Shown piece by piece: positions 39,040 through 49,266 of a stretch of 64,000 nt of DNA. How positions within the stretch are numbered: position 1 is the stretch's first letter; every line of letters starts with the position of its first letter. This DNA comes from Sedimentisphaerales bacterium (GTDB lineage Bacteria; Planctomycetota; Phycisphaerae; Sedimentisphaerales; SM23-30). Position numbers and translations under genes: made by a program. Under the pieces are notes generated by a model. That model had not been told where the DNA came from and ran no database searches. It saw nothing but the letters and a program-made list of their open reading frames with translations. The stretch lies in NCBI GenBank assembly GCA_963666285.1, contig OY762711.1. One strand, 5' to 3'.

Positions 39040-39951
39040 TTATGGTGTCATTGTTACAGGTTTGATTAACCCATTTGTGTCGTATTCAAGGTTTTCGACC
39101 GCTGTTTTACGAGATCCGCGATACGGTCCATCTCCAGAAACGTTTTCCCAGCGGTGGTAGAAAATGTACCATTTTTTAGCAGCGTTATCATAGACGATTG
39201 AGTGGTGTCCTGGTCCTTTATAGGCGGCATTGGTTTGGAGAATAGGTCCTTTGTAGTCCCATGGTCCGATGGGTGATTTAGCGGTGCAGTAGTGAACGGA
39301 ATATGAGCTGCTATGCCAGGCGCCGTGGCTGTATGACAGGTAGTATAGCCCATTATAGAAATGCATAAAGGCACCTTCAGTGAAGAAGGGTGGATTTTGT
39401 ACTTCAATTTCTCGTGCTAGCTCAGTCATGTTATTATTGAGTTCAAAAACTTTCAGTTTTGAACCTGCACTGCCGCCAAAGTAAAGGTAGCATATGCCGG
39501 AATTTGGGTCTTCAAATGCCATCGGGTCGATAGCTTCAAAATCAGGAGAGTTGTTGTCTGCGATAAGTGCCTTGCCGCTGTCTTTGAACGGTCCCAGAGG
39601 TGAATTGCCGGTAGCGACACCAATATGTGATGGCTTTGGACCGACCGAATAGTAGAAGTAACAGGTGTTATCTTTACTTATTATTGCCGGTGCCCAGGCA
39701 CTTTTATCTTCCGGAATCCAGTCAATTTTCCTGAAATCCAGTATCGGTTTGTGAGTTTGCCAGTTGACAAGGTCGGTGGAACTGTAAACGTAGAAAAAGT
39801 TGCTTCTGCCTGAGGTTGGGTAGACGTAGAATGTATCACCTATTTTAACAGCATGCGGGTCGGCAGCTCTAAAAATGGGATTTTCGGCGATTGCAGAAAA
39901 ATTAACGGCAAACACAAGGAATGCGAAGTTTAACAATACTTTTATCTTCAT
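39040..39951 (-). CDS. Secreted GH43 glycoside hydrolase
   Basis: Signal peptide; ADP, WAP, IDP, EG and GPGHHS motifs. Confidence 0.92.
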   Translation of the reverse strand: MKIKVLLNFAFLVFAVNFSAIAENPIFRAADPHAVKIGDTFYVYPTSGRSNFFYVYSSTDLVNWQTHKPILDFRKIDWIPEDKSAWAPAIISKDNTCYFYYSVGPKPSHIGVATGNSPLGPFKDSGKALIADNNSPDFEAIDPMAFEDPNSGICYLYFGGSAGSKLKVFELNNNMTELAREIEVQNPPFFTEGAFMHFYNGLYYLSYSHGAWHSSSYSVHYCTAKSPIGPWDYKGPILQTNAAYKGPGHHSIVYDNAAKKWYIFYHRWENVSGDGPYRGSRKTAVENLEYDTNGLIKPVTMTP

Positions 39952-40037
39952 AAATGAGTATTTTATGAGAAACGAAATACAATATCTAACAAAAAATATC
40001 CTGGCCTGAATGGCCGGATGTATCGAGTTTCAATTAA

Positions 40038-40200
40038 AGGCCACCACTAAAAAATCATTTTAAGCGAAAGATGGATCTTTTGCTTGCTGATCTGCGTCAG
40101 ATAAAACCGCGAATATAGCCCAATATGCACGATTTTATCTTTCTTGCCAGTAAACAAAATACCTCACCTTCGCAACAAAAGCAATTTCCAGAGGTCCCCT
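40038..40200 (+). mobile_element. Full-length ~163-bp MITE-like element
   Basis: Imperfect terminal inverted repeats (aggccaccactaaaaaat...atttccagaggtcccct) and internal palindrome agataaaaccg...cgattttatct; closely similar to 42103-42265. Confidence 0.85.
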
Positions 40201-40247
40201 AAAAAGAAAAAGCAGAGTTATCGGTTAATGACAACTCTGCTTATTTA
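40201..40247 (-). terminator. Terminator of ECF cassette 1
   Basis: agcagagtt/aactctgct stem with A-tract on +. Confidence 0.7.
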
Positions 40248-40270
40248 TTGTAGATGATTATAAGATTTTG

Positions 40271-41470
40271 TTAGTTATTGAATACTTCCGGCAGGTCCTG
40301 TTCGGAGCATTCTTCTACTGTCAGATCGCCATAAATGACATGCCAGTTATCAGAATTTTGCGGGTGCCACCAGAAGACAGGAGTTTCAGCTTCGCCGAGT
40401 TTTACACCTTTGCCATTGTAGTACCATTGTCCCTGCCCTTTGTACATTCGAATGAATACCAGTCCCTGGCCCCATTTGGTAGCGATTTCGACCTGCTGCT
40501 CATTTGACAGTTTTTTGTCTTTGAAGGCTTTTTCCATCCGGGTTTGAGCAAACTTGACCATATCTTCAAGTCCGACGCTGTCAGGGAAGAATCCGTCATT
40601 CATAATTTCCGAGGTTAGTCTCAGCATTTCGATGAAGTTTTCTTCTGTGTTGGCAGAGAAATCGATAGCCGTTTTCTGCTCGGTATAACCATCCGGTACT
40701 TCCATACTGAAAACAGATTCATCAATATCGACATTGAACTTGATATTATCACATGTAATAGTAGTATTGGCGTTTTGTTCTATGACCTTGACAGGCATTG
40801 ATGTAGCCGGTTCGATCCAGATTGTAATGGCATATTGCGGTCGGTCTTTTACGGTTGCTTTGTAGACATAATATTCAATGTTATTCTCAGTTTTGTAGCC
40901 AATATCTTCAACCTCGAAATAATCGCTATCGAGAAGTTTTTGCATCAGGTTTTGCATATGGACTAAATAATTCTGGATATTCCCAAGTCCGTCAAGTTTT
41001 ACATAAGTAACAGTTTTTTCTTGAGGAGATATGGTCATTAGCTTCATCTCATTCAGGTCAATTACCATCCTGGCACCTTGAATACCACGTACTTCTCTGA
41101 ATATTTTTTGGCCCATAATAGTATCATTGATGACGGTCTGGTTTTCACCTTCACCGAGTATGATTTCCATTACAGCATTTTTAGCGTTGAGCAACGGTTT
41201 AATAGCATCAGCGAGAGCGATAGAACTGCCGCCGTTTGAGAAAGTCAAAAATATTGAAAGAGCAATAAGTATCACAGCAGCAGCTGCAATTTTAGTAAAT
41301 TTATTATTCATGATTTTACTCCAGTTATTCAACTTGCCGGTTGCTTTGTTTTGGCAAGAGTCTAATTCATTTTTAAGGTTTTCCAGTATATCGCGGTCAA
41401 GTTCCGGGTTGGTCTCAACAACGACGTTTTTCAAGATATTTTCTATATTGTTGTTATCTGCAGGTCTCAT
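40271..41470 (-). CDS. Putative anti-sigma factor (cassette 1): short cytoplasmic domain, one TM, LolA-like domain
   Basis: ATGA overlap with sigma; KIAAAAVILIAL TM; IWIEPATSMPVKV and F..EVPDGY motifs. Confidence 0.8.
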   Translation of the reverse strand: MRPADNNNIENILKNVVVETNPELDRDILENLKNELDSCQNKATGKLNNWSKIMNNKFTKIAAAAVILIALSIFLTFSNGGSSIALADAIKPLLNAKNAVMEIILGEGENQTVINDTIMGQKIFREVRGIQGARMVIDLNEMKLMTISPQEKTVTYVKLDGLGNIQNYLVHMQNLMQKLLDSDYFEVEDIGYKTENNIEYYVYKATVKDRPQYAITIWIEPATSMPVKVIEQNANTTITCDNIKFNVDIDESVFSMEVPDGYTEQKTAIDFSANTEENFIEMLRLTSEIMNDGFFPDSVGLEDMVKFAQTRMEKAFKDKKLSNEQQVEIATKWGQGLVFIRMYKGQGQWYYNGKGVKLGEAETPVFWWHPQNSDNWHVIYGDLTVEECSEQDLPEVFNN

Positions 41471-42009
41471 GAAGTCACCTCACTTTCCATTAGCTTGCGT
41501 AACTTTTCCAGGCCATACTGGCATCGGCTCCGTACGGTTTTAGCCGACACCTTTTGCAGTTTGGCAATTTCTTTATATGTCATTTCTGCCTGAATATGTA
41601 GAACAACAGCTTCCCGCTGCTGGTATGGGATTTCAGCCATGGCCTGGCCTATCAGTTTCATTTCTTCGTTGATGATCAGCCATTTGTCAGGACTTTCTGA
41701 TATTTCCGGTTGGATGTCAGAATTATCCAGGTTAACTGTTGTCTTGTTACTGCTGATACGTAACATTGTTTTGGCCCGGTTGGCCGTACAGGTTGCCAGG
41801 AATGCTTTCAGGCTGCCGCCAGGTTTGTACGATTCAGGCTTTCGCACAAGTGTCAGGAAGACATCCTGTACAGTGTCTTCAGCGGCAGCAGTATTATTCA
41901 GCAGGCCGTAAGCTATTTTCAGCAGTAAATTTTTGTACCTGAGATAGATTATCTCCAGAGCCTGTTGGTTACCCATACGAAGCTGCCGGATAAGTACTTT
42001 ATCTTCCAT
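41467..42009 (-). CDS. ECF sigma-70 factor (cassette 1)
   Basis: AEDTVQDVF region 2; QREAVVLH...TYKEIA...TVRSR region 4. Confidence 0.92.
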   Translation of the reverse strand: MEDKVLIRQLRMGNQQALEIIYLRYKNLLLKIAYGLLNNTAAAEDTVQDVFLTLVRKPESYKPGGSLKAFLATCTANRAKTMLRISSNKTTVNLDNSDIQPEISESPDKWLIINEEMKLIGQAMAEIPYQQREAVVLHIQAEMTYKEIAKLQKVSAKTVRSRCQYGLEKLRKLMESEVTS

Positions 42010-42102
42010 TAGTTACCTCATATGATAGTTACTTAATGATCAATCATCATTAATATAACTACTTTAGTGTGTAAAAGGCCTTAAATAAAATATAAAAGTA
42101 AT

Positions 42103-42265
42103 GGGGCACCTATAAAAAATCATTTTTAGCGAAAGATGGATCTTTTGCTTGCTGGTCTGCGTCAGATAAAACCGTGAATATAGCCCAATATGCAAGATTT
42201 TATCTTTCTTGCCGGCAATTATAACTCCTCACTTTCGCAATAAAAGCAATTTCTAGAAGTACCCT
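42103..42265 (+). mobile_element. Full-length ~163-bp MITE-like element
   Basis: ggggcacctataaaaaat...atttctagaagtaccct; taat on both flanks. Confidence 0.85.
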
Positions 42266-42296
42266 AATGTCTTTATCCCGGATGCTCTAAAATATC

Positions 42297-42325
42297 TTGA
42301 CAAATTTGTAATTTTATTCGATACT
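42297..42325 (+). promoter_or_regulatory. Sigma70-type promoter for rex
   Basis: TTGACA-N17-GATACT. Confidence 0.55.
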
Positions 42326-42413
42326 ATGATATCGATATTGATATTGTTTTCGGTTTGAATAAGATTGTAACTGCATTATTTGCAGAATTTTATATAGATC
42401 AAAAGAGGTCACT

Positions 42414-43055
42414 ATGCCAGAAAAGAAACGCCTGACAAAGCTTCCAACAATAAGAAGGATGCCAATGTACCTTCGCATGCTCAATAAAGTTTTGAGTGAT
42501 GGTATGCAGCATGTATCATCAAACTATCTGGCCGAAGAGCTGGACCTGGAAGCGATAGTAGTCCGTAAAGACCTCGCGGTTGTGGGAATTTTGGGCAAGC
42601 CTCGTGTTGGTTTTGAGGTCAAGCCTGCGATCGAAGCAATAGAGCAGTTTATGAATTTTAACAGCCCGACGGATGCGGTTCTGGTAGGTGCCGGTCATCT
42701 GGGTCAGGCGCTGCTGGGCTATAGTGGTTTTGTCAAGTTTGGTCTAAATATTGTGGCCGCATTTGACAGTAACCCTGATGTTATTGGAACGACCCTGTAC
42801 GACAAACCGGTTTATCCGATGTCTGAGTTTACTCAGAGATGTGAAGTGAATAATATCCAGATAGGCATTCTGAGTGTGCCTGGCAAATATGCCCAGGAAG
42901 TTGCTGATATGATGGTTTCAGCCGGTTTGAAAGGTATATGGAACTTTACCCCTCGTAAGCTGAATGTACCGCCGGAAGTAGTCGTTCAGCGAGAGGATCT
43001 TGCAGAGGGTCTGGCTGAGCTCAGTGTGAAGCTTAGCCGTATGGGACAGGAGTAA
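42414..43055 (+). CDS. rex: Redox-sensing transcriptional repressor Rex
   Basis: PTIRR..Y, VSS..LA, VRKDL, VGAGHLGQAL..Y.GF, IWNFTP. Confidence 0.93.
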   Translation: MPEKKRLTKLPTIRRMPMYLRMLNKVLSDGMQHVSSNYLAEELDLEAIVVRKDLAVVGILGKPRVGFEVKPAIEAIEQFMNFNSPTDAVLVGAGHLGQALLGYSGFVKFGLNIVAAFDSNPDVIGTTLYDKPVYPMSEFTQRCEVNNIQIGILSVPGKYAQEVADMMVSAGLKGIWNFTPRKLNVPPEVVVQREDLAEGLAELSVKLSRMGQE

Positions 43056-43157
43056 GATAAAGCAGCAGAATAGGGTGATTTGCGTGTTTCCTCTAAGATA
43101 GAGTTTTCATAGCGACGCCTCATTAAGCCCTAAAGCAAATGCCAGTACCTATTATTT

Positions 43158-43916
43158 ATGATAAGACTTAACGATACAGAATGGTATTACAACCAGGGAA
43201 TTCAGCGTATTAGTGAAAAGAATTATTCAGGTGCTGTTGAATTGCTTGGAAAACTGATAGAACTTATGCCTGACAATTCTGAAGCTTATTACAGCCTTGG
43301 GGTGGCGTTGTCTAACCTGGGAGAGCATGAGCTGGCATATGAGAACTATCTAAAGGTTGTCGAACTTGACCCTGAATGCAGCGATGCATTATTTAACTGT
43401 GGTCGAACCCTGATAGACCTGGAGAAATTCTGGCAGGCGTGTAAGATGTTCGAAAAGTTTACCATGACCGAACCGGACTCGCCGGAAGGATTTTATTTAT
43501 GGGGCGATTGTTTATGTCGTCTTGGACTGTATCGGCAGGCTTGTGAGAAATATGAGTATTCAGTCGAGTTGGATTCCAGTTTGTTTTTTGTGTATGTCAA
43601 CTGGGGGCTGGCCTTGTTCAACCTGGCATTGGAAACGGAAGAAGGGCCGGAGCGTGCAGAGCTTTTGTACCAGGAGAAGCATAAGTATCAAATGGCTGAG
43701 GACATTGAGCCTGGAGCAGGGAGCTATAACCTGGCATGTGTATATTGCCTGGAGGGCGATCTGGTTTCATGCAGAAGCTGGTTGGAGAAGGCAAGCTTTA
43801 CCGGTCATCTGCCAAGCTGGGAGCATGCCATAAATGATGATGATCTTACACCGGTTAAGCATAAAAAGTGGTTTGTCAAATTAAACTGGCATGCAGAAAT
43901 GAATGAAAAGGAATAA
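43158..43916 (+). CDS. TPR protein
   Basis: Canonical TPR repeats; terminal SYNLACVY...WLEKA...DDDL motif. Confidence 0.85.
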   Translation: MIRLNDTEWYYNQGIQRISEKNYSGAVELLGKLIELMPDNSEAYYSLGVALSNLGEHELAYENYLKVVELDPECSDALFNCGRTLIDLEKFWQACKMFEKFTMTEPDSPEGFYLWGDCLCRLGLYRQACEKYEYSVELDSSLFFVYVNWGLALFNLALETEEGPERAELLYQEKHKYQMAEDIEPGAGSYNLACVYCLEGDLVSCRSWLEKASFTGHLPSWEHAINDDDLTPVKHKKWFVKLNWHAEMNEKE

Positions 43917-43918
43917 AT

Positions 43919-43945
43919 GAAAAAGCCCGCAGCGGATGCGGGCTT
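43919..43945 (-). terminator. Terminator (aaaagcccgc family), possibly bidirectional
   Basis: aagcccgca/tgcgggctt stem between convergent genes. Confidence 0.75.
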
Positions 43946-43952
43946 GAATGAG

Positions 43953-44993
43953 TTAATTAAGCATTTTAATTGTTGTCCGTGCGTTTCCTTTAAATGTTTT
44001 CTGTTTTTGCTGCTGCCACAATCTATCGTCAATATCAGCATCATAGGTGACAGAAGCTTTGATATCATAATTTTTGAAGAGCCCGGTTTTTAGATCCACT
44101 TCAATTTCGCCTTGGCCGGAAATGTTGTAATTATCGCTTACCCGTGCAATAGCATTACCATCGGTCGGGTCGTCACCAGCTCTAACAGACACCTTGGCAT
44201 TGAAGAAAGCCGAGTTGTTATTGATTTTAGCTAATTCCATTTCGGTTACTACGTAGCCATCCCTGGAGGTGCTGGCTCTTTCGGTAGTAATCCAGGTATT
44301 ACCGATTTTGAGCGGTTTGTCCGGATAGCGTCTGGGCAGAGAAGGAAACATGTTTTCCTTGCTTTCCCAGACGTCATCAAGCATGTTTTCCAGTTTACTT
44401 TCATAGTAGTCCATATCATCATCGGTATAGTCTTTTTTATCTACGCCTTTTTCATAGAGGATCGCATCAGCAAGGACATTACCATTCCATATCTCCCCGA
44501 TTTCACCGTCCGGCATGATCGCCAGCTTAATATAGTTATTGATCAGCCTGCGCCATCTTTTGAGATAATCCGGTGCTCTTTGATTCTGAGTTGAGTCCCA
44601 TTTGTATGTGCCATCGGCACCTTTACCTTTGATCCAATCCTGGGAGATTATACAAGCTCCGTCAGAAGGGTCTATTTCCAGACATTCGATTGCAAATTCA
44701 ATTTCATACCAGTAGCGAATACGGTTACTGGTAATCCTGCTTTTATTCTGCTCGGTCATATCCATTTCTTCGCGAATAGAAAATGTGTGACGTTCACCTG
44801 GCTCCATTTTGAATTTTATCACAGCAGTCGTCGGTCTGGCCGGAGCCGGTTTAACGACAGGCGGGGTGTTGGCTGCGGGATTGTCTGTTTGATTTTCGGT
44901 TGCGGAAGGTTCATCTTTACTGCATGACGGTATAGCGCAGAGAAATATAACGGCAAAAAACAGGAAGGTAACTTTGATAAGGTAATTTTTCAT
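43953..44993 (-). CDS. Lipoprotein, beta-rich (DUF6263-like, tentative)
   Basis: Likely start MKNYLIK at 44993; lipobox IPSC; Pro-rich linker; YPDKPLKIGNTW, VDLKTGL. Confidence 0.7.
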   Translation of the reverse strand: MKNYLIKVTFLFFAVIFLCAIPSCSKDEPSATENQTDNPAANTPPVVKPAPARPTTAVIKFKMEPGERHTFSIREEMDMTEQNKSRITSNRIRYWYEIEFAIECLEIDPSDGACIISQDWIKGKGADGTYKWDSTQNQRAPDYLKRWRRLINNYIKLAIMPDGEIGEIWNGNVLADAILYEKGVDKKDYTDDDMDYYESKLENMLDDVWESKENMFPSLPRRYPDKPLKIGNTWITTERASTSRDGYVVTEMELAKINNNSAFFNAKVSVRAGDDPTDGNAIARVSDNYNISGQGEIEVDLKTGLFKNYDIKASVTYDADIDDRLWQQQKQKTFKGNARTTIKMLN

Positions 44994-45196
44994 ATTTTTC
45001 CCTTTCATAAATTAACGGGTGAAATTGCATAACAGATTATTATTTTATGCTTTTAGAAAAGAGTTTCAATATGAAAATGAGTGAAAAGTCAATGCGTGTA
45101 CGTAAGTTTTTGTATTTGTGTAGTTTACGGCAGATTGTTGGTAAAAGAAAAGCCCGCAGGAGGTTACGGGCTTAAAAGAATTTAATTTGCAGATAG

Positions 45197-46498
45197 TTAT
45201 TTAGGTAAGTCTTCAAGAGCTATATCTTTGATGGTCAAATCTCCGAAAATAACCCGATATAATTTTGAATTATCTAATTTCCACCAATAGAGAGGTTTTT
45301 CGGCATCACCTAACATGACTTGTCCGGTGGAAACGTTCCAATTTTCTTGTAGAACAATTTTTTCTTCAACAAATGCAGCTGCCCACCTTGCCGTTTCTAA
45401 AAAATTAGTAGCATCATAGTATTCCTGTTTAGGATCTTTTCCCTTATAAAATTTCTTCATAATCATTTGCTTTATTATATTGGGATCCATTAGTTTGGTT
45501 ATATCTACCGGGAGAATTCCATCAGACATCTCAGCCCATAATTGTAACATATCAATTAATTCAGTTTCATTTGGCTCAGATGTAGAAAATGTCTGTTCAT
45601 GCAGCTCGTATCCGTCAGGAATAGATGTTGAAAATAACTCAGGTTCCAAATCAATATTCCATTCGAAGTCAGTCATAACTTGTTTGGTATATTCTGGAGT
45701 ACAGCTTCCAGATAACCTTCCGCTTACAGACTTAGATTCATTATAGCCAAAGTCTTTAGAATTAATACTTATGTTTTTGATTGGAAAATATTTTTTATTT
45801 GTAGGCGGTATTCGTTCTGATACTACTTTTATAGGCAGTTTAGTTTCCACGTTTATCCAGATTTTTGTATTAGAATACTGCAGCGGCTGTGTATCTTGAT
45901 AAATTTCTACTTCGATTTCATCTATTATCTCATAACCAATAAAGCTTATGTTTCCTTTTTCATGTCGTGAAGCAAGAAAATCTAATGAATTAAAAAGTTT
46001 AATGAAGGGTTGTGGGGCTCTTTTTGATCGATATGCAGTTTTACTATTAGTATTTAATTGGAGTTGGATTCCATTTTTAAAATCAAATATTTGAACATCA
46101 CCAGTATTAGAAAAAGCGTGTCGCTCCACTCCACCGGCATTTATCATGACTTCATTGGACCAGGTAAAATCATTAACTACAGTCTTGCAATGATAATGAA
46201 CGCTTTTTGCCTTTTTTATTTGCTCAACTACATCTGCCCAGGCGATAGTAGCACCATCGGGCGATACGCCGGAGCGATTGAAGGTAATCAGCAGGGCGAT
46301 GAGTATCACTGCCGCTGCGGCAAGTTTGGTTAATTTGTGTTTCATGATTGTTATTCCAATATTTACAGGCTGTTTGGCAGCCGTTTTAGTTTTGTTTGAT
46401 TGCTCCTGAGCCTGTAAAATAGCTTTTAAGCCATCTTCATGTTTGCGGCTGTCAGGAGTGACGTTTATATTTGATAATATTTTTTCTACATTATTCAT
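45197..46498 (-). CDS. Putative anti-sigma factor (cassette 2)
   Basis: TKLAAAAVILIAL...SPDGATIAWADV; IWINVETKLP; LFSTSIPDGY; C-terminal domain shared with cassette 1. Confidence 0.8.
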   Translation of the reverse strand: MNNVEKILSNINVTPDSRKHEDGLKAILQAQEQSNKTKTAAKQPVNIGITIMKHKLTKLAAAAVILIALLITFNRSGVSPDGATIAWADVVEQIKKAKSVHYHCKTVVNDFTWSNEVMINAGGVERHAFSNTGDVQIFDFKNGIQLQLNTNSKTAYRSKRAPQPFIKLFNSLDFLASRHEKGNISFIGYEIIDEIEVEIYQDTQPLQYSNTKIWINVETKLPIKVVSERIPPTNKKYFPIKNISINSKDFGYNESKSVSGRLSGSCTPEYTKQVMTDFEWNIDLEPELFSTSIPDGYELHEQTFSTSEPNETELIDMLQLWAEMSDGILPVDITKLMDPNIIKQMIMKKFYKGKDPKQEYYDATNFLETARWAAAFVEEKIVLQENWNVSTGQVMLGDAEKPLYWWKLDNSKLYRVIFGDLTIKDIALEDLPK

Positions 46499-46499
46499 A

Positions 46500-47036
46500 T
46501 TACACCTGCCTTTCTAACAGACAGCGAAGTTTGTCCAGTCCATAGCGGTACCTGCTTTGAACGGTTTTAATAGATACGTTTTGCTGTTTGGCGATCGCTT
46601 TGAATTTCATCTGGCCCCTGGTATGAAGAATAACCACTTCACGCTGCTCGAAAGGCAGCTTGTTCAGGGCCTTGTTAACCAGCTGCATTTCTTCGTTACA
46701 GATAGCTGAAGCTGACGGCGTTTCTGAGCAGCACGATATGTTTTCAGCACATTCCAGCCCAACTGCCTGCCGTTTATTCATTCTCAGGCGATCTTTGGCA
46801 CGGTTTGCGACGCATGTTGCCAGGTACCATTTCAAACTGCCTTCAAGCTTAAGTTTGTCAGCAGACTGGGCAAAAGAGACAAAGAAATCATGCACCATAT
46901 CTTCAGCGGTGTTAATATCATTAACCAGCCCCATAGCCAGGGTGAGCAGGTAGGCATGATATTTTTCGTATATCCGCTGCAAAGCGGCACTGTCGCCTCG
47001 CCTGAACTTGTATATCAGTAACCTGTCTTCGAGCAT
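46500..47036 (-). CDS. ECF sigma-70 factor (cassette 2)
   Basis: AEDMVHDFF; LPFEQREVV; TVQSRYRYGLDKL. Confidence 0.92.
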   Translation of the reverse strand: MLEDRLLIYKFRRGDSAALQRIYEKYHAYLLTLAMGLVNDINTAEDMVHDFFVSFAQSADKLKLEGSLKWYLATCVANRAKDRLRMNKRQAVGLECAENISCCSETPSASAICNEEMQLVNKALNKLPFEQREVVILHTRGQMKFKAIAKQQNVSIKTVQSRYRYGLDKLRCLLERQV

Positions 47037-47214
47037 CTAAAACCGTTCTTTATAAAGAGTTAGATTTTTTATCCAATTGGACCAACTATTGTCATAATAT
47101 ATCACGATTCGGCCTGGCTTTTTACTCTAAAAAAAAGAAATATTTATAAAAAAACCTGCAAGTGTGTAGCTTGCAGGCTTAGTGAACTAAAAATTATATG
47201 TCAGTATGCCGATT

Positions 47215-48516
47215 CTATTCCGATTGAACCGGGGCTAATGAGTTAACCAGGTCTTTCAGCATTTCGTCTGAGACCGGACGGTTAGCTGCCATTCCGATAA
47301 CCACCTCATCTGGCATAGTGATCATACGAGTCTGCCGTTGGTCGCTAAGCTCAAATTCAGCAAAATCCGGCATATCTTTGGAAAAACCTTCAAGGAAATA
47401 CTTAGCGTATTCTTTGCCGTTTGGATGAGTATAGACTTTTATTTCAGGGCCGGATTCCAATACCAGCTGCTGATTGAAAATCCAGATCATTCTGCCGGTA
47501 TCATAATAGTTTCCCTGGATAAGTAATATATTATTGTCATCAATTGTATTTAATGCCGTGATATAGCTTATAGCCCGGCTACCCAGGGGATCTATGGTCT
47601 GTACGGTCATGATATCGGTTACCCAGGGTAAGTTGCCAATCGTGTATGCTGTGTGATTTAAACCGGCCTGGATTTCATTAGCTGATATTTGTTTTGGCTC
47701 CACAGGTCGATAGTCATTTATTATTGTCTCTACCACATAGCCTTCAGGAACTTTGGTGCTGAAATCTTCCGGGTCGTATTCAAAATCAAATTCGAAATTA
47801 TCCATATAGATCATATTTTTCATTTTTGGATGTCTAAGTTCTATTTCGACAGGTAATTTAGTACCGGTATCTACCCAGACGGTGAAGTCATTATGTTCGT
47901 TTGGCTTGTGTCTGAAGCCGTAGAGATTTTTTCCGTCAACTTCTTTGGTTCCAAGCCTTTCGGTAGATTCCTGATCAAAGCGCTTAACCATATCTATAAT
48001 GTCTGGGTCTTTTTTGGGGCCGTAGCCGAGCATTTTGGTAACAACAGCTTTCTGTTCGTCCGGTTTCAACTCGACAAGTATGGCGTCTTCATTTTGCATG
48101 TCGATGATATGGATAGTACCGTCTTCGACTTCCTGGCGTCTAAGTGACAGATTGACATGGATCACCTCCATAGTTGGCAGATCCGTTCCGTTATCAACGA
48201 TAACTCTCTGTCTACATTTGTATTTTTCATAGTTATTCAGCTGCTTGACGACATCGGCCCAGGCGATAGTAGCACCATCGGGCGATACACCGTTATGGTT
48301 AAAGGTAATGATCAGAGCTATAAGAATTACCGCGGCGGCAGCTAGTTTTGTTATATTATTTTTCATGATATGTTTCCATTTATTTTCGGCCAAAAGCTCT
48401 TTGTTTCTTTTTTTCTGCAGTTGAATTGCATCGGAAAGGATCTCATCTTGCTTTTGGGCTCTAGGGTTTACATTAAAATTTGTTATTAAATCTGATATGT
48501 TATTAAAAGGCTTCAT
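47215..48516 (-). CDS. Putative anti-sigma factor (cassette 3)
   Basis: Same TM hinge; VWVDTGTKLP; FSTKVPEGY; distinct distal domain. Confidence 0.8.
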   Translation of the reverse strand: MKPFNNISDLITNFNVNPRAQKQDEILSDAIQLQKKRNKELLAENKWKHIMKNNITKLAAAAVILIALIITFNHNGVSPDGATIAWADVVKQLNNYEKYKCRQRVIVDNGTDLPTMEVIHVNLSLRRQEVEDGTIHIIDMQNEDAILVELKPDEQKAVVTKMLGYGPKKDPDIIDMVKRFDQESTERLGTKEVDGKNLYGFRHKPNEHNDFTVWVDTGTKLPVEIELRHPKMKNMIYMDNFEFDFEYDPEDFSTKVPEGYVVETIINDYRPVEPKQISANEIQAGLNHTAYTIGNLPWVTDIMTVQTIDPLGSRAISYITALNTIDDNNILLIQGNYYDTGRMIWIFNQQLVLESGPEIKVYTHPNGKEYAKYFLEGFSKDMPDFAEFELSDQRQTRMITMPDEVVIGMAANRPVSDEMLKDLVNSLAPVQSE

Positions 48517-49055
48517 TTGATCACCTCATTATTTAGTAGTGTTTTGAGCTTGTCGAGTCCGTATCGATATCGACTCTGGATAGTATTGATAGAGGTATCG
48601 GTAGATTTTGCTATCTGGGCGAAAGTCATACCTGCCAGCAGGTGCAGCGTTACCGCTTCTCTCTGCTCATAGGGCAGTTTAGCCAGTGCTTTATTGATAG
48701 CTATAGTCTGTTCCTGCTGCTGGGCCAGAAGTACCGGCTCCGGATATTCGGTTTCTATCGCACAGCTGCCTTCGAGAGCAGCCGGTTCCAGCTTTCTGCG
48801 TTTAAGCTTGTTTTTGGCGATATTTGCCACACAAACAGCAGAATATGCCTTAAAACTGCGGTTCAACTTGATTGAGTCAGCCGACTGGACCAGCAAGACA
48901 AAGAAATCATGCAGAGCATCTTCCGCCGCATGGGTATCATTGAGCAACGCTGTCGCCACCGAGGTCAGGTACACCTTATGTTTGGTGTAAATCCTTTCCA
49001 GGGCGATAGTTGAACCTCGCTTGAATCTCCATAACAATATTTTATCTTCCAGCAT
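48513..49055 (-). CDS. ECF sigma-70 factor (cassette 3)
   Basis: AEDALHDFF; LPYEQREAV; TIQSRYRYGLDKL. Confidence 0.92.
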   Translation of the reverse strand: MLEDKILLWRFKRGSTIALERIYTKHKVYLTSVATALLNDTHAAEDALHDFFVLLVQSADSIKLNRSFKAYSAVCVANIAKNKLKRRKLEPAALEGSCAIETEYPEPVLLAQQQEQTIAINKALAKLPYEQREAVTLHLLAGMTFAQIAKSTDTSINTIQSRYRYGLDKLKTLLNNEVIK

Positions 49056-49158
49056 TATTACCTCTATTTTTAACGTAAAGAATGATCATCCATCATTATA
49101 CATACAACTGAGCAGCTGGAATTAGTCTAAAATATTCTGATTTTCCCAATATTAATAG

Positions 49159-49190
49159 AAAAAGCCCGCAAGAGAGGAGTGCTGCGGGCT
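49159..49190 (-). terminator. Terminator of cassette 4 (near-identical to 51705-51734)
   Basis: aaaaagcccgcaagagaggagtgctgcgggc. Confidence 0.8.
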
Positions 49191-49266
49191 GGATAATTTA
49201 ACCGATTGTCAGTTCTAAATGGTACTTCGCATTTTGTTCCTGATTCATACGGTTAGTTTGAGTAAT

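Noticed and set aside
42266..42413. Rex operator upstream of rex, ldhA or the Fe-ADH gene
   Set aside because: No convincing TTGTGAA-N4-TTCACAA match found by eye.
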